Below, piece after piece: positions 1 through 8,485 of a stretch of DNA of 46,815 nt. The notes beneath the pieces are model-generated. The model ran no database searches, was not told the DNA's origin, and worked only from the letters and a program-made list of their open reading frames with translations. A program made the translations under genes and the position numbers. Numbering within the stretch: the stretch's first letter is position 1; each line of letters starts with the position of its first letter. The stretch is from an uncultured Ferruginibacter sp. (GTDB lineage: Bacteria > Bacteroidota > Bacteroidia > Chitinophagales > Chitinophagaceae): contig CAZCOL010000009.1 of NCBI GenBank assembly GCA_964500545.1, positions 7,627-54,441 on the forward strand. Direction: 5' to 3'.

Positions 1-2
1 AA

Positions 3-551
3 AGTGTAATTGTTAAAGCGATTGCAGTTGATAAAAAAGGTAATAAAAGTTTTGTAACCACTGCTGCATTTAAAAAAATGAAAAATGATTGGGATATAAA
101 ACTGAATTCGTCTTATGAACAGCAATACGATGGAGGTGGATCTATGAGTTTAATTGATGGAGTATATGGAACAGTGAACTGGAGGATGGGTAACTGGCAA
201 GGATATCAATCCAATAATGTGGATGTGGTGATTGATTTGAAAAAAAATAGAGAACTATCCAAGCTAACCGCAAATTTTCTACAGGACACACGTTCCTGGA
301 TTGTGATGCCTAAATCTATGGTTGTTGAATTGTCCTTTGACGGCAAACAATTTTCAGAAGTATATCGTGGGAATGATTTTTTGCCGATTGAAGATCTAAA
401 CCCTCAAATAAAAACAATCAATGCCGAATTTAAAAAACAAAGAGCAAGGTATGTTAGAATAAAGGCTGAGCAATATGGTAAACTTCCATCCTGGCATGAA
501 GGCTCCGGCGGAGATACGCATATTTTTATTGATGAAGTGGAGGTGGAGTAA
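3..551 (+). CDS. 3' part of a glycoside hydrolase (probably GH92 alpha-mannosidase or GH20-type) with Fn3/chitobiase-like and C-terminal F5/8 type C (discoidin) domains; 5'-truncated by the window edge
   Basis: Frame is open from position 3 (SVIVKAIAVDKKGNKS...) into the listed ORF. LIDG..G..NWR.G.WQGY, VVIDL, FLQD..SWI..P, ARYVRIKA and WH.G.G...HIFIDEV are typical of C-terminal discoidin domains on Bacteroidota GH92/GH20 enzymes. The catalytic domain is not visible. Confidence 0.7.
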   Translation, partial: SVIVKAIAVDKKGNKSFVTTAAFKKMKNDWDIKLNSSYEQQYDGGGSMSLIDGVYGTVNWRMGNWQGYQSNNVDVVIDLKKNRELSKLTANFLQDTRSWIVMPKSMVVELSFDGKQFSEVYRGNDFLPIEDLNPQIKTINAEFKKQRARYVRIKAEQYGKLPSWHEGSGGDTHIFIDEVEVE

Positions 552-582
552 TTAATAAAACAGATTGTTTTTATTAATTACT
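547..582. terminator. AT-rich 14-bp inverted repeat at the end of the first CDS, possible terminator
   Basis: AGTAATTAATAAAA (547-560) / TTTTATTAATTACT (569-582) with an 8-nt loop, between convergent genes. Confidence 0.4.
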
Positions 583-651
583 GTTCAATAGTTCAATAGT
601 TCAATGGTTCAATAGTTCAATAGTTCAATAGTTCAATAGTTTAAGGTTTAA
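583..651. repeat. Tandem octamer repeat (GTTCAATA)x7 followed by GTTTAAGGTTTAA
   Basis: Seven 8-bp units at 583-638, one of them the variant GTTCAATG, then heptamer-like GTTTAAG units. Confidence 0.95.
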
Positions 652-679
652 TCCACTGAGTTGGTTTAATGTTTGTTTT

Positions 680-1756
680 TTATTTGTAAGTGTTGTCTGT
701 TAACTTAAGTAAATAATTCGCTATTGATTCAGTTTCCCTTTTTGAAAGAACAGGGCTAAAATATTCAATATACTTTCTTAGTTCTCTTAGTGATAATATT
801 TTCACAAATTGAAATTCTTCTTTTGGTTTTTGATTTACCATTACAATAAGATTTTTTATTGTGATTTTTCTTTCTCCCCAATGATGTTGATTAAATGAGT
901 TTGTAATTTGGTCGTTTAATATTTTATAAAAAGCGAAGTTTGTTCTTTTTATTTGTTGAACGGGAGAATGTAGACTTAAATTATTGAGTGATTGTTCACT
1001 CCAGTTTTTTGTTTCAATAAGAAAAATTCCTGCAGGAGATATTAAAATATGATCAATTTGAATAGACTTAATATAGTCATTTTCTTTTCTGTTATATATT
1101 GCTTTATAAAATGAGTAATTAAAATCATTTATTAAAATATAGTCATCAGATAAATTTTCTAATTCTTTTGATACTTTATTTTCTCCAATTGCCCCGTAAA
1201 TAGATGGAATTATTTGATCAATAGCTTTTTTTCTTATTTCAAGTTCCTTTATTTCTGGAAGTTGACTTTGATGAACAGCGTCAAGAAAATGAGACAAAAT
1301 AAAATTATAGCGATTGATTTTTGTATTGAGTGTGTTAGTTGAAATCCTTAATGAATTAATAATTATACTGTCAAATTGATGATTTATATTTTTAATTTTT
1401 TTCTGTAGGCCAATTATTTTGAAGTGATTGATAAAAGTCTTAAAGATGTTTGAGGTATTTAGGTGAAGATAGTTTAGTTGCTTTTCTAATTGTTCAATTT
1501 CTAAATTTAATTTTAATGTTGCATCTTTTTTACTTGATTCAATGAATTGCTCCAATAAAGAAATATCTATTTTAAGTTCATTTTTTTCATCTTCTATTAA
1601 GTTTGTATGTTTTGATGTGATTTCCTTAATGTAATTTGTATAGTTTTTTTGAAATGCGATGATGTCATTTAGAGAATTGATATCATTTATATTATGCGTT
1701 CGTAAATGGGTTTTGATAGTTGTTAGAGAACCAATTTGATTATAAACCTTACACAT
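680..1756 (-). CDS. NERD (nuclease-related domain) protein with N-terminal coiled coil
   Basis: GAIGENKV...L..L...Y.LIND...QIDHILISPAGIFLIETKNW and SPVQQ are NERD PD-(D/E)xK-like motifs. The N-terminal half is rich in K/E/L/I/N heptads. The gene is visibly more AT-rich than its neighbours. Confidence 0.85.
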   Translation of the reverse strand: MCKVYNQIGSLTTIKTHLRTHNINDINSLNDIIAFQKNYTNYIKEITSKHTNLIEDEKNELKIDISLLEQFIESSKKDATLKLNLEIEQLEKQLNYLHLNTSNIFKTFINHFKIIGLQKKIKNINHQFDSIIINSLRISTNTLNTKINRYNFILSHFLDAVHQSQLPEIKELEIRKKAIDQIIPSIYGAIGENKVSKELENLSDDYILINDFNYSFYKAIYNRKENDYIKSIQIDHILISPAGIFLIETKNWSEQSLNNLSLHSPVQQIKRTNFAFYKILNDQITNSFNQHHWGERKITIKNLIVMVNQKPKEEFQFVKILSLRELRKYIEYFSPVLSKRETESIANYLLKLTDNTYK

Positions 1757-1840
1757 TTTCGTTTACAAATTAATTGTATTGAAGCTACATAGCCTTTTTG
1801 GTTCTTAATTTTTGATTGTATTTCAGTGCTATATAAAAGT

Positions 1841-2025
1841 CACTTCGCTGGTTTAACGATATGCTTGTTCAAAGGTTCAACGCTGTGCTTCGCTTCGCGT
1901 GTTCAATAGTTCTACAGTCTAATGCGCTTCGCTGGTTTAAAGGTTTAAGGTTGATTTTGATGGATGCTTTAGGTTTAACTTTAAACCTTAAACTTTTGAA
2001 CCATTGAACCTTGAACCCCCAAACT
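1841..2025. repeat. Degenerate short-repeat array (GTTCAA/GTTTAA units interspersed with CTTCGC motifs) followed by an inverted array (TTAAACC/TTGAACC units)
   Basis: CTTCGCTGGTTTAA occurs at 1843-1856 and 1927-1940. GTTCAATAGT at 1901-1910 is identical to the left array. 1981-2009 is the reverse complement of 623-651 (27/29). Confidence 0.85.
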
Positions 2026-2028
2026 TCC

Positions 2029-3510
2029 CTAATCCTTCAACTTACTGTTGTTCTTACTGTATCCAAAATAAAAAATAAAGCCAACAGCCAGCCATCCAAA
2101 TAACCTTAGCCAATTGGTCCATCCCAAGCCATAGATCATTGCGGCACAAACGATGATTCCAAGTATCGGAACAACAGGGACCAAAGGAGTTTTAAATTGT
2201 CTTGGTAAGTCCGGATTTGTTTTTCTTAAAATAATTACTGCAGCACAAACAAGAATAAATGCAAACAAAGTTCCTATGCTTGTCATATCACCAACGATAT
2301 CACCCGGAACAAATGCAGCAAAAGCACCTACTAATATCAATATGATCAAGTTGGCTTTGTAGGGAGTTTTAAATGTTGGGTGAAGTGTACTCAATGATGT
2401 TGGTAGTAATCCGTCTTTACTCATGGAATAAAAAACACGGCTTTGACCAAGTAACATCACAAGAATTACGGAAGAGAATCCTGCCAGAATGGCTACTGTA
2501 ACCAATTTTCCCAACCAATGATAACCAGGCATAAATTTATTGATAGCCGCCACTACAGATGCTTCTTTGCCATCTGTTCTAAAAAATTCTACAGGCGCTA
2601 TTCCGGTAAGTACATGGGCAAATAAAATATATAAAACAGTACATACGGCCAAGGATCCCAATATTCCAATAGGCATAGCTGTTTTTGGATTTTTTGTTTC
2701 CTGCGCAGCGGTGCTTACGGCATCAAAACCAATGAATGCAAAAAATACTACACCGGCTGCACCTAAAATTCCAATTATTCCGCCGTAATGATGATTGATA
2801 CCCTGATGATCGGTATATATGGAAGGTTCAGGAATATAAGGGGTATGATTACCGCTGTTTACAAACCCCCAACCTAAAATAATAATTAAAATTACGATTG
2901 AAACTTTTGTAATGACAATTAATCCATTTACAAACGCTGATTCCTGAGTACCTTTTATTAATAATAAACTAAGAGCTGTTACAATACCTAAAGCCGGAAG
3001 ATTGATGATTCCTGTATGTATCATACCGGCTGAATCCGGTATTGAATGTTCAAAGGGCGAATGGCACCATTCATATGCAATAGGTTTCCAATGAAGTACT
3101 TCAACTAACAGGTTGTTTAAATATTCACTCCATGCAATTCCTACCGTAGCGGCTCCTACTGCATATTCAAGTATGAGATCCCAACCAATGATCCAGGCGA
3201 GTAATTCACCCATAGTAGCATAAGTGTATGTATAGGCGCTTCCAGAAATGGGTATGGAAGAGGAAAGTTCAGCATAACAAAGACCTGCCAATGCACAGCC
3301 GATTGCTGCTATCACAAATCCAAGGGTCACAGAGGGACCTGCATTCTGTGCGGCAGCTGCAGCCGTTCTTACAAACAATCCGGCACCAATGATAGCTCCT
3401 ATACCGAGGGCTACAAGTGATCCGGCACTTAATGTTCTTTTCATACCCTTTTCATCATCCGATGCTTCGCTCAACAATAGATTCAATGGTTTTTTGGTAA
3501 ATAAGCCCAT
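2029..3510 (-). CDS. Amino acid permease (APC superfamily, cationic amino acid transporter-like)
   Basis: GIGAIIGAGLF TM1 motif, CYAEL, SGSAYTY, FFAFIGFDAVST.AQE; about 12 TM segments. Confidence 0.93.
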   Translation of the reverse strand: MGLFTKKPLNLLLSEASDDEKGMKRTLSAGSLVALGIGAIIGAGLFVRTAAAAAQNAGPSVTLGFVIAAIGCALAGLCYAELSSSIPISGSAYTYTYATMGELLAWIIGWDLILEYAVGAATVGIAWSEYLNNLLVEVLHWKPIAYEWCHSPFEHSIPDSAGMIHTGIINLPALGIVTALSLLLIKGTQESAFVNGLIVITKVSIVILIIILGWGFVNSGNHTPYIPEPSIYTDHQGINHHYGGIIGILGAAGVVFFAFIGFDAVSTAAQETKNPKTAMPIGILGSLAVCTVLYILFAHVLTGIAPVEFFRTDGKEASVVAAINKFMPGYHWLGKLVTVAILAGFSSVILVMLLGQSRVFYSMSKDGLLPTSLSTLHPTFKTPYKANLIILILVGAFAAFVPGDIVGDMTSIGTLFAFILVCAAVIILRKTNPDLPRQFKTPLVPVVPILGIIVCAAMIYGLGWTNWLRLFGWLAVGFIFYFGYSKNNSKLKD

Positions 3511-3665
3511 AGCTAATATTTAGGTTAAATGATTTATGCTGAAAAATAAGGAATTATTGATTACAATAACAAAAGATTTATCAACGAATGATGATAATAC
3601 TAATTTTTATTGCTTCAAATCCCTATTCAGTTTAAAATATTATATTGCAAAACCAAAAATAGAAT

Positions 3666-4949
3666 ATGCAAGGCACCACTCATTCGAAACCCACATCAAG
3701 CAAGCTTACCTTATACATAATAATTGCAATGTTGACAGGTATCTTTGCAGGTTATTTAATCCATGAGAACACTTCGCCTCAATTCATAAAAGACTTTTCT
3801 CCTAAAATTAAATTACTTGCCACCATTTTTTTAAGAATGGTTCAAATGATCATAGCTCCATTGGTTTTTTCGACATTGGTAGTTGGGATTGCAAAGTTAG
3901 GGGACTTAAAATCTGTTGGCAGGGTGGGAGGCAAAGCAATGGTCTGGTTTATTTCCGCTTCGCTGATCAGTTTGACTCTGGGATTGATTTTAGTAACAAT
4001 AACCAAGCCTGGAATCGGAGTAAATATTTCTAATGCTGATGCGGAAGGGGCAAAGGAATTGATTGGGAAAACCAAAGAATTTTCTATTGAAAAATTTATT
4101 GAACATGTTTTTCCAAGGAGCATAATGGAAGCTATGGCAAACAATGAAATTCTTCAATTGGTCGTATTCTCAATTTTCTTTGGAGTGGCACTCACAGCTA
4201 TCGGAAAAAAAGGAGAAAATATAATCAATGCATTGGATTCATTGACTCATGTTGTACTAAAGATGGTTACATACGTAATGAATCTTGCCCCAATCGGCGT
4301 TTTTGGTGCCATGACAGGCGTTATTGCGTTGAAAGGGTTAGGGATATTAACCACCTACGCTTATTATATCGGTTCATTCTATCTAGGTCTTGCCGTTTTG
4401 TGGATCTTACTATTGCTTATAGGATACCTCATCCTTCGCCACCGATTATTCGCTTTGCTCAAAAGATTATCTAATCCTATGGCCATTGCATTCAACACTG
4501 CCAGCAGTGAAGCTGTATTTCCCAAGCTTGTTGAAGAAATGGAACGTTTTGGATGTAACAATAAAATAGTTTCTTTTACATTGCCATTGGGCTACTCGTT
4601 TAATTTGGATGGAAGTATGATGTATATGACATTTGCCAGTATGTTCATCGCTCAGGCATACAATATCACTTCTATTACCGATCATTTTGGAACTCAGGTG
4701 GCAATGTTGTTGGTTTTTATGTTGACCAGCAAAGGAATTGCAGGTGTTCCAAGAGCTTCGCTTGTAGTGGTTCTTGCAACTGGCGGAATGTTTGGTATTC
4801 CTCCCGAAGGAATCGGTCTGGTATTGGCCATTGATACATTCTGCGATATGGGAAGAAGCATGACCAATGTGCTGGGAAATGCTCTGGCAACTGCTGCAGT
4901 GAGTAAATGGGAAGGAGCTCTTAACCATGAATTAGAAAGGAGCAATTAA
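3666..4949 (+). CDS. Dicarboxylate/amino acid:cation symporter (DAACS, GltP-like)
   Basis: FNTASSEA serine motif, PLGYSFNLDG, SKGIAGVPRAS, DMGRSMTNVLGN. Confidence 0.93.
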   Translation: MQGTTHSKPTSSKLTLYIIIAMLTGIFAGYLIHENTSPQFIKDFSPKIKLLATIFLRMVQMIIAPLVFSTLVVGIAKLGDLKSVGRVGGKAMVWFISASLISLTLGLILVTITKPGIGVNISNADAEGAKELIGKTKEFSIEKFIEHVFPRSIMEAMANNEILQLVVFSIFFGVALTAIGKKGENIINALDSLTHVVLKMVTYVMNLAPIGVFGAMTGVIALKGLGILTTYAYYIGSFYLGLAVLWILLLLIGYLILRHRLFALLKRLSNPMAIAFNTASSEAVFPKLVEEMERFGCNNKIVSFTLPLGYSFNLDGSMMYMTFASMFIAQAYNITSITDHFGTQVAMLLVFMLTSKGIAGVPRASLVVVLATGGMFGIPPEGIGLVLAIDTFCDMGRSMTNVLGNALATAAVSKWEGALNHELERSN

Positions 4950-5004
4950 ATCCTAAGAATTAAAAATAAATAAAACCATCAAATAATATCATAAATTTCA
5001 AATC

Positions 5005-5697
5005 ATGTTTCTTTCAATTTTATTGGATTTTCAATGGGTCAATTTGTTGCAGCCTCAATGGTATATTGAAAATGGCGGACTCTGGTTTATCCTATTGGTG
5101 GTATTCGCAGAAACGGGTTTGTTTGCAGGTTTTTTTCTTCCGGGTGATTCATTGCTGTTTGTTACTGGAATATACAGTGATGACCTGATCTCATCAGCAC
5201 TTGGATTTTCGACTCAAAGCTCTGTAATAGATTTGCTGTTGCTGGGAGTTATGATTTCATTTGCAGGAATTATTGGAAATTCGGTTGGGTACTGGTTTGG
5301 CAGAAAAAGCGGACCATTTCTCTTTGAAAGAAAAGATACCTTTTTGTTCAAAAAGAAATATCTGTATCAGGCCAAGGAATTTTACGACAAGCATGGTGGC
5401 GGAGCAATCATTATGGCAAGGTTTCTTCCCATTGTAAGAACTTTTGCGCCCATCGTTGCAGGGATTGTTCAAATGGACAGAAAAAAATTTTCCTTCTTTA
5501 ATATAGTTGGGAGTATCGCATGGGTCTTTACAATGATTGTTGCCGGTCATTATCTTCAGCGGATCATTTACAATTCATTTGGTTTCGATTTGAAAAAACA
5601 TCTGGAAGTGATAGTTATTGGGATAGTGCTTGTTACAACATTGCCTGTTATTTTTAAAATGCTTTCAGGAAAAAGGAAACAGGGGGAAAGTGAATAA
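5005..5697 (+). CDS. DedA family (VTT/SNARE-associated) membrane protein
   Basis: FAETGLFAGFFLPGDSLLF and ARFLPIVRTFAPIVAG DedA motifs. Confidence 0.93.
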   Translation: MFLSILLDFQWVNLLQPQWYIENGGLWFILLVVFAETGLFAGFFLPGDSLLFVTGIYSDDLISSALGFSTQSSVIDLLLLGVMISFAGIIGNSVGYWFGRKSGPFLFERKDTFLFKKKYLYQAKEFYDKHGGGAIIMARFLPIVRTFAPIVAGIVQMDRKKFSFFNIVGSIAWVFTMIVAGHYLQRIIYNSFGFDLKKHLEVIVIGIVLVTTLPVIFKMLSGKRKQGESE

Positions 5698-5704
5698 TTT
5701 TCTT

Positions 5705-6931
5705 ATGACTACCAACAATAAATCAATTTTTAACATCGCAGTAATAGTAGCTGCTCTGGGTTATTTTGTAGATATATACGATCTGTTGTTATTCAGTATC
5801 ATAAGAATGCCAAGTTTAGAATCAATAGGCCTAGATGCTGATCAGGTGAAGATTGTTGGGGAAGAAATATTGATGTGGCAAATGTCCGGATTATTGATTG
5901 GCGGAATCATTTGGGGAGTTATGGGAGATAAAAAGGGACGATTGAGTGTTTTATTTGGCTCGATATTGTTGTATTCTCTTGCAAATATTGCAAATGGGTT
6001 AATACAAACTGCAGAGGAATATAAATGGGTTAGATTTATTGCAGGTATTGGACTGGCAGGTGAGTTGGGTGCAGGAATAACCCTGGTGTCGGAGTTGGTA
6101 GCCAAAGAAAGAAGAGGCATTGCAACCTCTTTGGTAGCGGGTATTGGCCTTACAGGTGCAATTGCTGCTTTTATCATCAAAGAGAATTTCGACTGGCGGA
6201 TTTGTTATTTTATCGGAGGTGGAATGGGCCTGCTGTTGTTGTTGTTGCGTGTTTCAGTATTTGAATCCGGAATGTACCAACAAGTCAAGGAATCCAATAT
6301 TCAAAAAGGGAAATTCTTAATGCTGTTCAATAATAAAGACAGATTAAAAAGATATTTTTTAAATATAATGATTGGTTTGCCTACATGGTTGGTTATTGGT
6401 TTGCTGATAACGTTTTCTAACGATTTTGGTAAACAAATGGGTATAAAAGATAAAATAGATCCCGGGAAGTCAATCATGTTTGCGTATGTTTTGATTTCAA
6501 TAGGGGATATTTTAATTGGATTCATCAGTCAGTGGCTGAAAAGCAGAAAACTTGCTTTATATATTTTTTACGCAATTACAGTTTTTTTTATCGTATTGTT
6601 TTTTACCGCTCAATGGAATGGCAGTGCTTCAGGCATGTATTGGATATGCGCAGGACTTGGATTGGGAACAGGTTTCTGGGCAATATTTGTAACCATGGCT
6701 GCAGAGCAATTTGGGACAAATTTGAGGGCCACTGCCACCACTACTGTTCCCAATATGGTAAGAGGAATGCTTGCAGTAGTGATTTTGCCATTATTTAAAT
6801 TTCTCAGGGGTTACACTTCTTATTATCATGCCGGCTGGATAACGGCCCTCATCATTATGCTCCTGTCAATTTTCGCTGTAATTAACATTAAAGAGACATT
6901 CGGTAAAGACCTTGATTTTATAGAAGAATAA
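5705..6931 (+). CDS. MFS transporter
   Basis: Motif A G.MGDKKGR, RFIAGIGLAGELG, AEQFGTNLRATA, 12 TM. Start placed at ATG 5705 just after the dedA stop; GTG 5690 is an alternative. Confidence 0.9.
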   Translation: MTTNNKSIFNIAVIVAALGYFVDIYDLLLFSIIRMPSLESIGLDADQVKIVGEEILMWQMSGLLIGGIIWGVMGDKKGRLSVLFGSILLYSLANIANGLIQTAEEYKWVRFIAGIGLAGELGAGITLVSELVAKERRGIATSLVAGIGLTGAIAAFIIKENFDWRICYFIGGGMGLLLLLLRVSVFESGMYQQVKESNIQKGKFLMLFNNKDRLKRYFLNIMIGLPTWLVIGLLITFSNDFGKQMGIKDKIDPGKSIMFAYVLISIGDILIGFISQWLKSRKLALYIFYAITVFFIVLFFTAQWNGSASGMYWICAGLGLGTGFWAIFVTMAAEQFGTNLRATATTTVPNMVRGMLAVVILPLFKFLRGYTSYYHAGWITALIIMLLSIFAVINIKETFGKDLDFIEE

Positions 6932-6948
6932 TAGGAAGTATGTCAATT

Positions 6949-7974
6949 TTATGTCGATTGGTTAACAGCCTCAATTATTGAAGTTATTTTTATTTGATTC
7001 ATACATGCATAAGGTTGCTGTTTATTAATACAGGGTTTGTTTCCAAACACACTACAAGGTCGGCAGGAGAGAGGAGTTTCAGCGTATATCCATTGAGAAG
7101 AAGTTGTGCCGATACCACTAAACCCAAAATAAGGATGCGTTGCTCCCCAAATACTGATCACAGGAATTCCTTGAATCGCTGCAAGGTGCATATTGGCACT
7201 ATCCATACTGATGACCACTTTTACATGCGACATCAAGGCAATTTGTTGAACCAAATTTAAATGAATGGTGGAATGAGTATTTGGAATTGATTTTTCCCAA
7301 ACATTGAACTGAATACTGTTTTCAGTGCCTCCTAGCAGAAAAACAGTGTAATTTTCCGATAAAGCTCTGATAAGTTCCTCTGATTTATTTACCGGAAATG
7401 ATTTGGTTGGGTGCTTTGCAAAAGGAGCAAATGCGATATATGGCCCTGGGAAACTATTGATAAATGACTCTGTAATTTTATAGTCTTTATCAGAAATGAA
7501 TATTGATGGAAAATTAAATTCTTTCGATTTTATTTTCAAACCTGCTTGTTTAAAAACATCAAAATATCTGTCAGTTGTATGTGGCAGCGGATACAATTTT
7601 TTTGTCTGTATCATTTTTCTTTTGACGCTTCTTTGTTTGTCGATTTTGTAAACAGGTGTTCCTGAAATTCTGAAAAAGGTATCGAGTATATTGGATCTTA
7701 ATACATTGTGAAGATCAATAATCGCATCAAATTTGTATTTTCTGGATAATTCACTGTGAAGTCTTTTCAATCCAAGTATTCCTTTATAACTTTTTTTTAA
7801 ATCTGCTCCGAAAGGAATCAATCTGTCGTTATTTTCAAATAGGCAAGAGAGTTTTTTTTCTGTAAGCAGAGTGATCTCCAAATCGGGGTTCTCTTTCAAT
7901 ATCAATTTCAATACAGGTAAAGTCATGGCCACATCACCCATTGCTGAAAATCGTATTACCAGGATTCTTTTCAT
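6949..7974 (-). CDS. Glycosyltransferase family 9 (ADP-heptose:LPS heptosyltransferase-like)
   Basis: RFSAMGDV, IDLH, SMDSANMHLA, WGAT, C.PC..FG...C. Confidence 0.9.
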   Translation of the reverse strand: MKRILVIRFSAMGDVAMTLPVLKLILKENPDLEITLLTEKKLSCLFENNDRLIPFGADLKKSYKGILGLKRLHSELSRKYKFDAIIDLHNVLRSNILDTFFRISGTPVYKIDKQRSVKRKMIQTKKLYPLPHTTDRYFDVFKQAGLKIKSKEFNFPSIFISDKDYKITESFINSFPGPYIAFAPFAKHPTKSFPVNKSEELIRALSENYTVFLLGGTENSIQFNVWEKSIPNTHSTIHLNLVQQIALMSHVKVVISMDSANMHLAAIQGIPVISIWGATHPYFGFSGIGTTSSQWIYAETPLSCRPCSVFGNKPCINKQQPYACMNQIKITSIIEAVNQST

Positions 7975-8039
7975 TAGGATGAATTGTTTTATTTTGGAAA
8001 TACTTAGTAAGAAGATGGGCGGTTGGAATGCAGATTTGA

Positions 8040-8405
8040 TTATTGGTAAGATTTTTCTTCTGTCAATCTTGAGCCGGTGATGTTGTTGATTTCTTTTTTA
8101 ACTGCAGCCCTTTCATCATTTGTCATATACACCGATCGGGCTGTTTCAATAAATGAAGTTCCAAAATCATTGTTTTTTTCGAACAATCTGCAATCGTCTT
8201 CAATATCCCATAACTTTTCATTGATTTCATACAGCTTTTTATACAAAGGATGGCCTTTGTCCATGATTTTATTTACAGCATCATTCAGTATTTCCCATTC
8301 TGCTTCAAGATTTTTTCTTTTGGCAGTATCTTCAATTCTTGAAAGTTTGATTTCAATAATGGTCAATTTGTCCACAATTTCACCGTTGGAAACTTCAATC
8401 AGCAT
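8040..8405 (-). CDS. DUF6165-like conserved hypothetical protein
   Basis: VS.GE.VDKLTI.EIK...N..LWDIED..R...F...ARSVY.TND.RA..K..IN...GS...EEKSY matches this family as I recall it. Confidence 0.75.
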   Translation of the reverse strand: MLIEVSNGEIVDKLTIIEIKLSRIEDTAKRKNLEAEWEILNDAVNKIMDKGHPLYKKLYEINEKLWDIEDDCRLFEKNNDFGTSFIETARSVYMTNDERAAVKKEINNITGSRLTEEKSYQ

Positions 8406-8485
8406 GGCGTATATTTTGTCGTAAAGATAAAAAAAATGTGGTATTGATTATAGTTGAAACAATTAAACAGCAATTGTTTTTAAAT

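Noticed and set aside
583-651. Possible CRISPR array
   Set aside because: 8-bp tandem units without unique spacers; no cas genes in the window
600-680. Integron attC site downstream of the NERD gene
   Set aside because: GTT-rich repeats superficially resemble core sites, but I could not build a local R''-L''-L'-R' hairpin and there is no integrase
3536-3766. 76-aa ORF overlapping the DAACS start (similarly 17018-17275, 23532-23792, 35686-35892, 46547-46744)
   Set aside because: They span AT-rich intergenic DNA and overlap real genes; no coding features
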